The notes beneath the pieces were generated by a model. It saw nothing but the letters and a program-made list of their open reading frames with translations, searched no databases and had not been told where the DNA came from. Positions 29,093 to 44,563 of a stretch of 64,000 nt of DNA are shown here, piece after piece. The stretch lies in the NCBI GenBank assembly GCA_964016885.1, contig OZ024749.1, forward strand, positions 55,118,001 to 55,182,000, written 5' to 3'. Made by a program: the position numbers and the translations under genes. Source of the DNA: Eledone cirrhosa. Lineage: Eukaryota. Numbering within the stretch: position 1 is the stretch's first letter; each line of letters starts with the position of its first letter.

Positions 29093-29298
29093 GGGGGGGG
29101 AATGAGAGATAGAGACAGGGAGAAAGAGAGAATGGGGGAATATGGAGAGGGATAGAGTGATAAAGAGATGGATAAAGAGGGATAGAGCTATATAGAGAGT
29201 GAGTGAGAGAGATAGAGTAAGAGGGAGAAGGAAGATACGGTGAAGAATACTTCAAAGGTGGTGGTGTTGGAGATGTATGTATGTTGAAGTAGTGAAGG

Positions 29299-29429
<131 letters not shown>

Positions 29430-29662
29430 ATTCAGTTGTGGAAGTGAAGATTGAAATAATGATTGTGACGATGATGGATGGATGAAGAAAAGAAAGCAAA
29501 GAGAGGAGAATAAATTTTAGTAAAATATAGAGAAAAAGAGTGGGAAAAGATGAGAAAGAGTGAAAGATAAGAAAATGCATAGAGATATATGTACGGGAGG
29601 ATGAGGGAGAGGAGAAGGAGGGGATAAGGATGAAATAGAAGGGAAAGAATAAGGTAATTTAT

Positions 29663-29709
<47 letters not shown>

Positions 29710-29803
29710 TGTGTGTCTGTGTGTACAGACACGTACAAACACAGATATTTCCATGTCTGTTATATAAACAAAGTTGATATGTTGCACGTAGGAATGCATA
29801 TAC

Positions 29804-29836
<33 letters not shown>

Positions 29837-30044
29837 TTTGCATACGTATGTATATATGTGAGCGTCCGCACGTACTAGCCAATGCATATAAGGTGCTTTA
29901 GTTATGAATATACTCTATACATGTAAATGCATAAATGCATCTACACATGTAAGCAATCATTAAATAATTTCAAAATATTGCGATGATTTTTACGAACATC
30001 AGCTTGCGTATAAATTGTCAGGCCACTATGTATAGACACAAACA

Positions 30045-30075
<31 letters not shown>

Positions 30076-30153
30076 CAAAGAGAGGGAGGGAGAGAAGGGG
30101 TAGATACATGGATAGACAGACAGACAAATAGATAGATACAAAGTCACATGGAC

Positions 30154-30191
<38 letters not shown>

Positions 30192-30633
30192 GAAGGTATG
30201 TAGGTAAATAGATAGATAAATAAATAAATAAATAAATAAATAAATAGCAATTCATTGAACGATGTCGTCATTTAGGTACACACGTTTCGTTAGCTGTCAG
30301 TTTTGTTTCACATCTTCCATCTTTTCACCCTTTTTTAATAGCGCTTGTCTTCACATTCGAAAGTGAAAGAGTTCCAAACGAGATAGAATAAAGTAAGATA
30401 TATATAGAGAGGACCACTTGTGATAGAAATGGATTATAGAGAGGAAACAGAAGTTATTTGGGAGGTGGTTAGGAATATACACGAATGTAGTATTTGAAAA
30501 ATCATAGGAAACTATTGGAGGACCACCGTATAAATAGAAAAGAAAAGCTGAAGTTGGCCTAATGTAGCCGGCTACCTGCTTTCATCATATAGTGTTGGAC
30601 AGATATAGATATATAACAAGTACAAACAGTCAA

Positions 30634-30866
30634 TCATATTGATGTCCTCCCCACAGTCCCGGCGGACAGAATAGAGAAGGCGTTTCCCCGGAGGACGGCA
30701 AGGGAGACGCGCTGGAAGAGCCATTCACACTCGCGAGGCTCACACCTACGGCTGGCCAGCTCAGCGCCTATGGTGGTGAGTAGAGAGGTAGCCGAAGAGC
30801 CGAGGACACCAGAAGTCTCCACTGCCAAGGGTACGACCGCAAATTTGTCGGAGAGCGACCGATAAA
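30634..30866 (-). mobile_element. C-terminal fragment of a CRE-like non-LTR retrotransposon (restriction-like endonuclease end)
   Basis: Open frame YRSLSDKFAVVPLAVETSGVLGSSATSLLTTIGAELASRRCEPRECEWLFQRVSLAVLRGNAFSIL. It fits the KY...P(L/I)AVETxG...FQRxSxAxxRGNA terminus typical of CRE-clade proteins and is GC-rich relative to its flanks. Confidence 0.75.
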
Positions 30867-31526
30867 GGAGAGTCCGTGTGGAAGTTATAGAATTTATGAA
30901 TTGACTTTTTCTACTTTTTCTTCTTCGCCCACTTCTTCATGAGAGGATGGTGAGGGGGTGAGGACAGATTCCTGAAACATATATTCCAGCAGGTCTTCAT
31001 AGAAGTAGCCATCTCGAATTGATCCGATTGGATCCTCACGTGAGACCAGTCGATCTCATCTATGTTATCCCGCCATCTTGCTCGAGATATGAACACAAAA
31101 AAAATAAAGGGCCATACCTACCTCTATACAGGATAAAAGGTGTGATAATGAGATAGAAACACTGGGAGAGTAAGTATATGTTATGGAAACAGAGAAAAAT
31201 AGGGAACGGTAAGATAAGTAGGGATAGAGTAGAGGAAAAAGGGAGAAGGAAAGAGACAGAGAGAAAGAAGGCGAGTTAGAAAAAGAATGGGTTTGAAACA
31301 GAGGTGTGTGTGTATATATATATATGAGTGTGTATAAGTATTATGTATGTATGTGGGGGGGGGGGGGGGAGAACAGGAAAGTTTTAGTATGTATTATTTA
31401 ATTAAATCGAGAGTAAAGGTTTCACTATTTCAATTTGAAATATATATGTGTGTGTGTGTGTGTATGTGTCTGTATAAACATATATATATATATATATATA
31501 TACGTGTATGTGTATATATTTGACTG

Positions 31527-31726
31527 NNNNNNNNNNNNNNNNNNNNNNNNNNNNNNNNNNNNNNNNNNNNNNNNNNNNNNNNNNNNNNNNNNNNNNNNNN
31601 NNNNNNNNNNNNNNNNNNNNNNNNNNNNNNNNNNNNNNNNNNNNNNNNNNNNNNNNNNNNNNNNNNNNNNNNNNNNNNNNNNNNNNNNNNNNNNNNNNNN
31701 NNNNNNNNNNNNNNNNNNNNNNNNNN
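31527..31726. other. Assembly gap (200 N)
   Basis: Run of exactly 200 N; adjacency across it is scaffold-level only. Confidence 0.99.
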
Positions 31727-31953
31727 ATTTTCTCTTGATTCTTCATTCGTTCGTGTCGCCCTAGTCCTCTCTCTCTCTGTTCTTTTTTTTTTTTTGGGGG
31801 GGGGGGGTATATATATTTTTGTCTTGTTCGTTCTCATTTTATTTATTTATTTTTTGTTGTTGTTTCCATTCTGCGATTGAGTTTTTATTTTCAGGATTAT
31901 ATAACATGAACATAACACATTGCATCAGATACAGAAAACATAAACACTCACCA

Positions 31954-32124
<171 letters not shown>

Positions 32125-32697
32125 ACACCACACACACACACACACACACACACTCTCTCACACACACACTCACACACTCACACACACACACATACACACA
32201 CATTTGCTTCTCTAACTTTAAAAGCTAACCCGAAATATTCAGCTTCAGTGGGTAATAATTCTTGTATTACCATGTCACTTCTTTAGCACATATGTCGTAG
32301 AAGAACCGATATATATATATATATAATATATATTATATATATATATTTGTTGTGTCTATATATATATGTGTGTGTGTGTGTGTCTATGTGTATATATATT
32401 TGTATATATATATTTGTGTGTGTATAAAAGTGTATGTTTTGTTTATGTTTTCGTTTTATTTCTCATGTTTTTGGGTTGTCAGTGTCTTCCTATCTACCTC
32501 GCATTTCATCCTTCCTTTCCAAATATCCCATTTCTTGTAACAATGTCCCTGAACATGTTTTTACGACTTTACAGCTCGTTTCATTGGAGTAGAAATGAAA
32601 GAAAAAATAAACAAATGCCCGCACCAACATGCAAATCCAGCTAAAAAATATGCGATGAAATAAAACAGAGAATGAAGAAAAATACGTAAAAAGAAGA

Positions 32698-32766
<69 letters not shown>

Positions 32767-33864
32767 GAGAGAGGGAGAGAGGACGGAGAGAGAGATTGGC
32801 TAGGTAAAGAGGGAATGAGAGAGGGCGAGAAAGAGACTATATTCTATTTCTTTTGAAAAGTGATAAAAAAAAGGAAATAATGAAGGGACGATGAAAATGA
32901 AGAAAAAGGGGAAGAAAGGGAGAGAATGGAGGAAAAATAAAGTGAAAAATGGTTTTAAAAAAAGAAACAAATGGATGAAAAGGATCATAATTTACCAAAT
33001 TTTGGGGGTCGGTTGAGCTACTTCACTCAAAATATTCTTCAGTGACAGAGAAAAATATTTATATTGTGAGTGTAAACTATATATGGTATTCAGTGTTATC
33101 CCGAGGCTGGTGGGATCTTCCAATGTGGAAGTATAAATATATCTGCATGAGGGCACACATGAACACTTTTTAGTTTAGTGGTGTATATAAAATATGTATA
33201 CCTGTACAATAGATTCTCTTTAGTACACTAATTCCTCCTCCTCCGAGACTCTTTTTGCCTAATTAACACGACATCATAGCAAAACAGGTGTACCTTACAA
33301 TTCTGAAAACCCTACAGCTTATCGTCTCCTTTAAACCAACTTTCCTTCAGACCCTTTTTATACTACCCGCCGTTGGATTTCACAATTTTTCTTGCTCCCA
33401 AGCAAGATATTTCTTTTAATTTTATAATTTCAATTTGACATATTTAGTTTGTATTTGCAAACTCGTCCTTCGTTTACTGATGATAAGGACATTGATTAAA
33501 TGCTAATACAGTTGTGATAATTGTACCTAATGCAACATTGAAACGATCGTACAGATCAGTATTAATATAGACAATTAGTGTCTATACTCTTGTGGTGAAT
33601 TAGAAATTTCAGATAATTGCTCACCACAAATCGAGATTTATTTGAATACTTGTCCACTTTATCTTTGAATGAAGCCTATTATTCTTTCCATTCCTTCTGT
33701 CTGTCATTCAGTCAAAATGACGTGGAGTATTTTTCTTCAATGGGATTCTTATAAATTTTTTTTGAATTTTTAAAGCCATTTTATTATTTTCAAGTGTCAG
33801 AGCTGTTGAAACTCACTGTTACCCAGTTATTTACCATCAAAGTAATATATATATATTATAGTTT

Positions 33865-33914
<50 letters not shown>

Positions 33915-34041
33915 CATCAATATAATATATATGTGTGCGTATGTATATATATATATGTATATATATAATTTGTATGCGTGCATGTATGTTTGTATCCAAA
34001 TATATGTGTATATATGTACGCGTGTTTATGCGTTCATACAT

Positions 34042-34092
<51 letters not shown>

Positions 34093-34329
34093 TAAACTCT
34101 TCATGCATTGAGTACTTTTCACTAAAGTTTGTAAACAAACCTTTACCTAATTATATGCGTTGATGCTGAAGTGTTGAAGTGGAAATTGACAATGTTGTTG
34201 TTATTGTTGTTGTTATTGTTGTCAATGTTGTTGCTATTGTTATAACTGTTGTTGTTGTCGTCACTGTTGTATTATATTGACAGCAGCGGTTGTAATTTTG
34301 GTCCTGGTGTAATAGCGAAGAAATGGTAT

Positions 34330-35250
34330 AGGTGGCGCTGGTGATATTGGTAGTGGTGGTGGTAGTGTTGGTGGTGGTGGTGGTGGTGGTAGAGGTGATG
34401 CTGCCGCTGGTAGTTGCCGTGGTGGTGATAATTTGGTGGTGGTGGTGGTAGTGATGGTGTGGTGGTGATGGTGGTGGTGTGGTGGTGGTGGTGCTGCTGC
34501 TGTTACTAGTGGTGGTAGTGTTAGTGGTGGTGGTAGTAGCGATGGTAGTGCTGTCACTGGTGGCGGTAGTTGTGGTGGTAGTGGTGGTGGTGGTAGCGAT
34601 GGTAATGATGTCATTGATGGTGGTAGTTGTAGTGATGGTGGTAGTGGTGGTTGTGGTGATGGTGGTAGTGCTGTCACTGGTGGTGGTAGTTGTAGTGATG
34701 GTGGTAGTGGTGGTGGTGGTAGCGATGGTAGTGATGTCATTGGTGGTGGTAGTTGTAGTGATGGTGGTAGTTGTAGTGATGGTGGTAGTGGTTGTGGTGG
34801 TAGCGATGGTAGTGCTGTCACTGGTGGTGGTAGTGGTGGTTGTGGTGGTAGCGATGGTAGTGCTGTCACTGGTGGTGGTAGTTGTAGTGATGGTGGTAGC
34901 GATGGTAGTGCTGTCACTGGTGGTGGTAGTTGTAGTGATGGTGGTAGTGGTTGTGGTGGTAGCGATGGTAGTGCTGTCACTGGTGGTGGTAGTTGTAGTG
35001 ATGGTGGTAGTGGTGGTGGTGGTGGTAGCGATGGTAGTGCTGTCACTGGTGGTGGTAGTTGTAGTGATGGTGGTAGTTGTAGTGATGGTGGTAGTGGTGG
35101 TGGTAGCGATGGTAGTGCTGTCACTGGTGGTGGTAGTGGTGGTGGTGGTGGTAGCGATGGTAGTGCTGTCACTGGTGGTGGTAGTGGTGGTGGTGGTGGT
35201 AGCGATGGTAGTGCTGTCACTGGTGGTGGTAGTGGTGGTGGTAGTGGTGG
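34330..35250. repeat. GGT-based minisatellite with recurring gtagcgatggtagtgctgtcactg module
   Basis: The module recurs about ten times with variable (GGT)n spacers and gives Thr-, Pro- and Val-rich ORFs in three frames. Confidence 0.9.
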
Positions 35251-35929
35251 TTATGTTGGTGTGAAGTCTCTCACAGAGTAGCTGCTGGAATGGCGGTCCT
35301 GGTTGACGCCTCTCGGTAATCACCAGTTTATATCGCTTGGAATGAAAAGTAAACACAGATAATCACTGGCACAGTTACTACTACTACTACTACTACTACT
35401 ACTGCCACTACTACTACTATTGCTGCCACTACTACCACTATTACCACTACCATTACCACTACTACTACTACCACCACCACTACTACCATTACTACTGCTA
35501 TTACTACTAGAACTACCACCACCCCCAATACTACAGCTACTACTAATAAGAAGATAACAATTTGCATTGAAGAAGAAAAGCAGCAATAAAGAGCAACAAC
35601 AACAGCTACTATAACAACAACAATAACAACTACAATAACAACAATAACAACTACAACAATAACAACTACAATAACAACAATAACAATAACAACTACTACT
35701 ACAACAACTACTACAACTACAACTAATGTAACAAAACGAGGAAATGGTTGAGAAGTGACTGTGGGAAGAACGTGATGTCTTATAAACATTGGTGAGATTT
35801 GGGTGAGGAAGACAGACACCGCCATATGTATGTGTGTGTGTAAGTGTGTGTGCGTGGTTGTGTAAGTGTGTGTGTGTGTGGTGTACGTATAAGTGTGTGT
35901 GTGTGTACACAGGCGCACATACACATATT

Positions 35930-36745
<816 letters not shown>

Positions 36746-37108
36746 TACCCAAATCCTTGGTAAATCACAGACTAGTCATGAAAAAGGACATATTTATTAA
36801 ATAAAAATACGCAAGTATCGTACACACACACACACACACCTATATATTGTCGTATATGAAAGTAAAAAGCATCAACGTTGTTTGTCTCTGAATAATCGGC
36901 TAAGTTGAGCATATAATCCCTGGAGATGGAAAAAATATAAACATCGGCGCCTGTGGGAGTCGATCCCGCACCTGATGCTTCTAACTTTCAAATTTAAAAA
37001 CTATTTATTTCTCGCAATTGTTAACAAATACCTTGTGTGTGTGTGTGTGTGTGTGTGAGATGTTACATGTGAATTCGTCATCTTCAAGATACATATATAC
37101 TAGAATAA

Positions 37109-37398
37109 TTTCTACTATAGGCACAAGGCCAGCCTTTTGGGGGGAGGGGAAAATCGACCTTAGTGCATTACTGGTACTTTAGTTTATCGACCCCGTAAGC
37201 ATGAAAGGCAAAGCTAACCTCAGCGGTATTTGAACTCAGAGCGTAAAAGGTCATAACTCTCTGCCATACAGATATATACTAGAATAAAATGAAATCTTTC
37301 GTGAACCTCGGCGGGATTTGAACTCAAAGAGAAGAGAGCTGTAAGGAATACCACAAAGCTATCTGACGTTCTAACGACTCTTGCCAATTCGTCGCCTT
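37109..37398 (-). mobile_element. Two adjacent SINE family A pieces separated and flanked by direct repeats
   Basis: ggcacaaggcc...ctggtact...atcgaccccgtaagcatgaaaggcaaagctaacctcagcggtatttgaactcag, then acctcggcgggatttgaactc...gccaattcgtcgcc. The 16-mer atatatactagaataa occurs at 37093 and 37272. Confidence 0.8.
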
Positions 37399-37776
37399 AA
37401 CGAGATATATATACTGCAGTAAAATGAAATCTTTCATGACAACCCGACCAATGCAATGTATTATATGACTCAGTATATCTATTCTCGAATACGAAGATAA
37501 GAATACAAGAATATAAGAACAGAAGAATGGTATTAGAATTATTTTATTGTTTAGACGTTTGCTTTCTTCGTATTTCTTTTTATTTGAAATCTCGTAAAAT
37601 AGTTTTCAATTATTCTGTATTATTTTAAGAATTTGGCCTTATTTTGTTTTCCTATTGCAGCTGTAGAAATGGAAAAACAAACCGACATAGGGATTTTAAA
37701 AGAAAATACCGTGGCTTTTATTTTTGAATTATTTTAAACCTTCAGTCGAAGTATTAGTTTTCTTTGGCACAAGTTC

Positions 37777-37856
<80 letters not shown>

Positions 37857-37974
37857 TTATTTACTCATCTCATCACTTAAACTAACATTGAAGGCTGATG
37901 AAATAGCTTCTCTTACACTTACATAGTTTAAACATTCGTATAAATATGTTGTATTAGTGGAACTCGTAATAACT

Positions 37975-38050
37975 CTTCGTACTTTGAGTTCAAATACTGC
38001 CAAGGTTAACTTTGCCTTTTTTTCCTTTTAAGGTCGATAGTTAATATAGC
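37975..38050 (+). mobile_element. SINE family A fragment
   Basis: tgagttcaaatactgccaaggttaactttgcctttt...aggtcgata. Confidence 0.65.
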
Positions 38051-38074
38051 AGCTTAAACCGATATATTCTCCGA

Positions 38075-38164
<90 letters not shown>

Positions 38165-38203
38165 AGTATCGATAATTAATATTTCAGTCTTGTGGCTTTG
38201 TGT

Positions 38204-38288
<85 letters not shown>

Positions 38289-38459
38289 CCACTTAAACGT
38301 TAGCAATACTATAATTAGAGGCCTAGTTGTTGGTACAATTGAATTATGATCGTCGAGACCCCCGTCGAGACCTCACAGAACACACTGAGACATATTATTC
38401 TTAGCCCGGATATTTCTAGCCTTGTGAATAATAACGTGCCTGCCACCGTGTGCAAAATA

Positions 38460-39215
38460 ATCACACTACGGACACCAGGATAAGCTCCGGCCTGTTGAGC
38501 CTCAGGGCTTGAGACATACTTTGAGCCTGTGATGAACTGGCTTCCTGTCCAGGGGAGAGTCTAGTACTCTCAGTCGCTTTGCACCACGGAAACTTGGATA
38601 AGAAAAAGGACTGATGGGCGTTTGGACATGTTTAGTTTTTTATATAATGAATATTTCACGAACGTTGTCAATCAGTGGGCTTCAAATAGCAGTAAAATAC
38701 TTCCTTAAATCACAACGTACCTGCTTAAAAAGGTGTGACATGTTGGTTCATGTTGTCCTTAAGATATTGTTCTGTAAAGAAAAACAGGAAAAGAACGGTA
38801 TGATCCCAGCTGGGACACCTGTAAACATTGGTTTGGTCGATGAAAACTTTTCTGGGACTAAGCAATAACTGTAATGATACGTTTTGAGATTAAACACTCT
38901 TAAAAAGACAAGAACTCACTTATGATCAGTATCTTCACGACCAGAACTGTACTGAGAGGCTAAACAACAACAACAACAACAACAACAACAGCAACTGAGA
39001 AATTTGTGGGTTGATGACGGAGCTGTTAAATGGTCGATCGATGTGCTAGAATTCTCCTCCAAATCACACTCTATAATCTAAAAGAGAGAAGGAGGTATGT
39101 TAATCTAATTTAAAGCTTGATATATCATACAGTAAGAAGCAAAGATGGAATCATCACGACTTGAACGTCTTTGATCGTACGTCTGTTAAAACGTAGGAAA
39201 ACCTGAGGCTAAACA
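38460..39215 (+). mobile_element. Cluster of short retroposon fragments (family B body; family C copies ending in gctaaac(aac)n)
   Basis: tgatgaactggcttcctgtccagggg...acggaaacttggataag, then two copies of aaatcaca...g(g/a)ctaa(a/g)ca. Related pieces lie at ~51335-51545 (-), 62737-62875 (-) and 62995-63185 (+). Confidence 0.55.
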
Positions 39216-39633
39216 GCAATAGCAACCACAACAACACCAACGACCACAACACCAACGATCACAACAGCAACAACAACAACGACGATCACAACAGCAACAA
39301 CAACAACGACGACCACAACAGCAACAACAACAACGACGATCACAACAGCAACGACAACAACCACAAGAGGAACGAAAAGAAAAGGAATTTTTTTTTTTTT
39401 TTTTTTTAGAAAAATAAGTCTCTAAAATGATAAATAATAAAGTTGGGTGGAGTAAAGTGAAATATTTCGATCATATATTACTCCCGGGGGTAATCAAAAG
39501 ATTAAGTGAAGCTGTTGCGAATGAGGAGACGAAATAAAATATTGATACAGGGTATAGGAATCGGTTACCTGATAACTTATAACTTACTATTACTGAGTTT
39601 GAAAAAAGCAACAACTGGTATCTATATACATAC

Positions 39634-39665
<32 letters not shown>

Positions 39666-39901
39666 TATCAATATTACGAGATATGCTGTTGATATCATCA
39701 TTGGATAGCAATAACAATAGACAATGGCTAAAACGATAATCTATATGATAAACGCTTGTTAATCAATATTGCCTTAAGCAGCAGAGAGACAGGACTCTTC
39801 ACCGAATTACTTTTGCGTTAACTACTTGAAATATCAAGGATTTCTACAGTTGCTGTTATGGGTGAGTGACGTGGGTGCTGTATACTCAATATATAGGAAA
39901 T

Positions 39902-39942
<41 letters not shown>

Positions 39943-39945
39943 ACG

Positions 39946-39989
<44 letters not shown>

Positions 39990-40134
39990 CATATGTGTGT
40001 GTGTGCGCACGCGCTGGCGCGTGTATGGATAGAGTGTTTGGGAGATAAAACAGCCAAAAGCGAGATGTGAAGATTGAAAATTGCCATTTCTTAATTCTTT
40101 TTCCTTTTCCTTTTTGACAAAATCTTTAAACTCT

Positions 40135-40166
<32 letters not shown>

Positions 40167-40989
40167 TCACTCACAAGTATCTACATACTGTTATATATAT
40201 GTAATACGGAACACACGTAGATATTCATGTAGGTATATATGACAAATGTATATATATTGACAATAAAATGATACTGATATTCATATAATACGTTTTATTT
40301 TTCGTGGCTAGTGGTTGTATTTGGTGTTTAACCACAGGTTGGACTTTATTGTCAATAATCCTATGATTAAAAGACTTCAATAATCACTCAGTCTTTTATA
40401 TTTCAAGAACTGAGGTCCAATGATTCCAACCGTGTTCAAGACCAATCTTTAATATTACTACAGCCACATATCCACTCATGATTTAAAATATCTTAATTAA
40501 GTGTCTGTATAAAATATTGCTGGAAGAATAAAAATGCTTTGGAAATCTGTCGATACAAAAATGTCTCCTCACGATCATATTTTGAATACTTTTGTCACTG
40601 TGACATTATTTAAAGCCCTAAACAATTAATAAAATACATAAAATAACCTATTATTTTCTGTAATCTGTTATATGTCTGAGTTTTTTATGTTTTATATATT
40701 GTTTATCTTATAGTGTAATCTATTGTAATATAATTATACGAGAATCTCATATTGTAACCCCTGGCGTCCTCTATCTCACTCCCTTCTAACAATCCCGCTC
40801 CCAACTTACTATTCACGAAGTCAGCCCACTCCCTAATTCCACATTCTAAACAAGTCCATAATTATTTCTTTCTCTACCCCATTACCTCTCGTTTTAATTC
40901 GAATGCTCTGAATTCATACAAAAGCTAAATCTTTTTTCTAGCGAATAAGTATCCATTTCACAAAAGTGTGACGCCAGCATTTCTTCAAC

Positions 40990-41195
40990 CAATCAATACG
41001 TTGCATATACCGATTCGTTTGTGCTTAGGATGCTTCCAATTTTAAGCCCTTGTACACCATCTGTTTCATTTCAACCTAAGTAACACTTGTGAAACATTGC
41101 CTCAATTCTCAAAATGTTGACTTCCCTCAAAATCTGTCTGGTTACCGCAAAGTCTAGCTGACATACTTTATATGTTAAATTTCTCAGATAAAAAC
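40990..41195 (-). mobile_element. Highly decayed RTE-like LINE fragment
   Basis: Minus frame LRNLTYKVCQLDFAVTRQILREVNILRIEAMFHKCYLG* resembles the RTE post-RT segment LRxILxIxWQDxVTNxEVLxxANxxSIEAMLxKxQLRW. Confidence 0.4.
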
Positions 41196-41908
41196 ACGCT
41201 AGTACCTTTAGATTATCTCTGTAATGGCTCCATGTCTGACGTTAGTAAAATATATAGACATATTCTTACGCACAAAATACGTAGAAAGGTGTATACATAG
41301 ATAGGTATACATGCAGAGGGTCGTGATGGCAGAGACGTCAAGGACTCGCTGGGGGAGTGTTTGAGGACTCTTCCCCCACAACACTCTCAGGAATACGTGG
41401 GCTAATAAGCAGAAGGTATACCAGCACATTTACCTTTTGATTACACATCGCTTCGTCGCTCTCACAGCGATTTCCTCCGAACACTGTTGTGGTTCCGCGA
41501 ATAAGGAAGTCTTTCTACGGTTGTAGCTTTTTCCCTCGAATTGCCAGACTTTGAAACTTTCTTCCATCTCCTAGTTTTTCTCCTTATTTCCTGAACTCTT
41601 TCAAATGTAAAGTAAATTCATTCCCTTGATCTTAATTACTCTTTCTTGATATTCCCTTACACTAAGTGGATTCACACCATGTTTAGGACTTTCAGAAGAC
41701 AAAGGCACACATACACACGTTTATATAACTCAATGTATGTTAATTATCTCTGGCTGCAAACAATAGTCGAACTAGTTGGGTATTTAGGCCTCTAGAAACG
41801 AGAAAACTTGTGTGTGTGTATGTGTGCAATTATCAACCGGCATTCCTGATGATTTCATACAAATGCAACAGTTCCATTCCTGTAGAAGCCATTTCTATAT
41901 TATATTAC

Positions 41909-41972
<64 letters not shown>

Positions 41973-41973
41973 A

Positions 41974-42043
<70 letters not shown>

Positions 42044-42373
42044 GTCCTGGGTTCATATATCATATATGTATGTATACATACATATCAACGGAAAAATAGT
42101 TAGAAAAAGATTAGAAAGAGATATTTGTTAGACAAATGTGACGTCAGCTGTCGGCTGCTTTGTACAATCCAATATTAAAGTGACGTTAATTTGTATAGGG
42201 AAGGCTTTGTCTATATTGTGTGCGTGTGAAACTATACATATGTATGATGCAGGGAATCCACTGTGCCCTGCCTCAAAGGGTTTCCTTCATGTCTGGTATG
42301 CTTGGAGGTGGTGTCGTCTTACTGTTAAAATATGTATATTATGGTAGTGTTTGTAATACGATATGTCTGTATG

Positions 42374-42413
<40 letters not shown>

Positions 42414-42529
42414 TGTGGTGTGTGTGTGAACATAGATGCACGTTCGGGTTTCCGTGTATCTGAAGATGTATATATTCATGTACAAATATCGTTAATATTA
42501 ACATATAGGTACACACCCAAAGGCATATA

Positions 42530-42580
<51 letters not shown>

Positions 42581-43135
42581 ATATATATATATGGTATGTT
42601 TTACATATGTCTGCGTCTGTGAGTGCTTGTATTTGAATGAATGTTTGTGTGTGCGTGCCAATGTGAATATGTGTCTGGGTGTGCTTCCCCTTTTACATAG
42701 TCAAGAGCTTTCCAATATATACATACATACATACATACATACATACATACATACATACATACATACATACATACATACATACATACATACATACATACAT
42801 ACATACATACATACATAGTGTTCTGCAAATTGAAATAAATTCCTTATGAAGTCATGTACAAATTGAAATCCGGTCCTGGAGCATTTCAGAAATTGTTTAC
42901 ATATCCAGTAAAATAAACAACATCGTCAGATGCAAAAGGCTAGCTTGATCTTTAGTTGAGCCTAAAGCAGCAGTGATATTTTCTTGACCCAAATATTTAA
43001 CTGACATTCACAATAACTACATATATATATATACTAGCAAATGGAACGAACGTAATGTATGTGTAATATTTACAGTAGAAGGTTTGTAGTTGAGAAGAAT
43101 AAACACACACATATGTATGTATGTACGTAAGTATC

Positions 43136-43166
<31 letters not shown>

Positions 43167-43271
43167 ATACAAACACCTATATATATACATATATATATAC
43201 ATACAAAGAAACACATGTAAGCACACCACAAACACCCACACAAAAATGCACACAAACGGAAGAACATTGGT

Positions 43272-43414
<143 letters not shown>

Positions 43415-44284
43415 CATATATACATGTACACGACTTTCTAGGCACGTTATTTGGTAGAGCAATTAATAGGTCAGCCGGTCAGATGAAAAACAAAATTCAA
43501 TCATGTTTATTACAATTCAAATTTCTAACCAAACTTGCAGCTTAAGCTTCGATTTATCACTATGGTTACCTTCACTATTAGCACTACGATAACAACGGAC
43601 ATCATCACTGCCACCAACGTCATTGCTAAACAATACTACATCTCCGATGTGATCTTTGCCAACATCACCGTTATATGGATAACAGTCGACAAGGACGTAC
43701 AACTAGAAATGCCCTCGTTTCGTGTGTCTTTTGGTATTTGTTTTTCTTTTGCTCTGGTTATTTTTTTGCTATTTTTTGGGTAATTTTTGTTGGTTATATT
43801 TTTCATTCCTTCTTTTTTTTAATAGTTGAAAAATCAATATCAATATTCGCTTCTTTCTCACATTTGATATCCAAGCATATCTCATTGTGACATTTATTTC
43901 TTTAGGATATCATCATTACTATGTTTTTCTTTTCCTTCTTTCTTTCCTGGATCATTTTTTATGACATTTTATGTGTTTCTTTATATAAATTTATTGCTGT
44001 CATTTTTTATTTATATTCTTTTTTGTTTTGTTTTATTTGTCTTGTATATTTATTTTCTTATATAGTTTCTCATATGCGTTTCACAGTTTTTTTTTCTTCT
44101 GATTATTTCGAAGTCAGTTTCCCAAATCGATTATTATTATTATTATTATTATCGCCATCATTCGCCTAGTTTCTCATGATAGATGATAATATTATTGTAC
44201 ATTCTATTCGCTTCCAGTCTCTTGGTATGCTTGCATCTCTCTGTCTCTCCCTCTTACTCTCTCTCTTTCTCTCTCTCTCTCTCT

Positions 44285-44339
<55 letters not shown>

Positions 44340-44340
44340 C

Positions 44341-44375
<35 letters not shown>

Positions 44376-44530
44376 GACGTCACAAAAACTGAAGCTCACA
44401 TTTAAAATGTTAGCGTTTTAATGGAAATAGACAAGAAGTTAGAAAGTGTGAAGAAATGACAAGTGGTTGACTAAATATATGCACAAAATATGAATAATGT
44501 GTGTAAACCTTGAAGAAAGAGATGAAGAGA

Positions 44531-44563
44531 TCTGACGTTTCGGTTTAAATTCTTCATCAAAGT
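44531..44563 (-). ncRNA. Degenerate hammerhead motif
   Basis: Minus strand: TTGATGA-a-gaatttaaacc-GAAA-cg-TC-aga. C3U substitution and poor stem II; lies in a segment bounded by (TA)n at ~44372 and ~44619. Confidence 0.4.

Noticed and set aside
34151-35356. 401-aa Thr-rich mucin-like ORF
   Set aside because: Overlapping frames on both strands are also open, it is GGT-minisatellite sequence, and I see no signal peptide or domain. An exon cannot be fully excluded without RNA data.
41445-41485. Further hammerhead-like traces (also ~925-985 minus, ~13050, ~46865)
   Set aside because: Each has two or more core mismatches or no stem I, so they are indistinguishable from chance by eye.
42139-42146. 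TGACGTCA CRE sites (also 2417 and 22557)
   Set aside because: Isolated 8-mers, one inside a SINE; insufficient to call regulatory elements.
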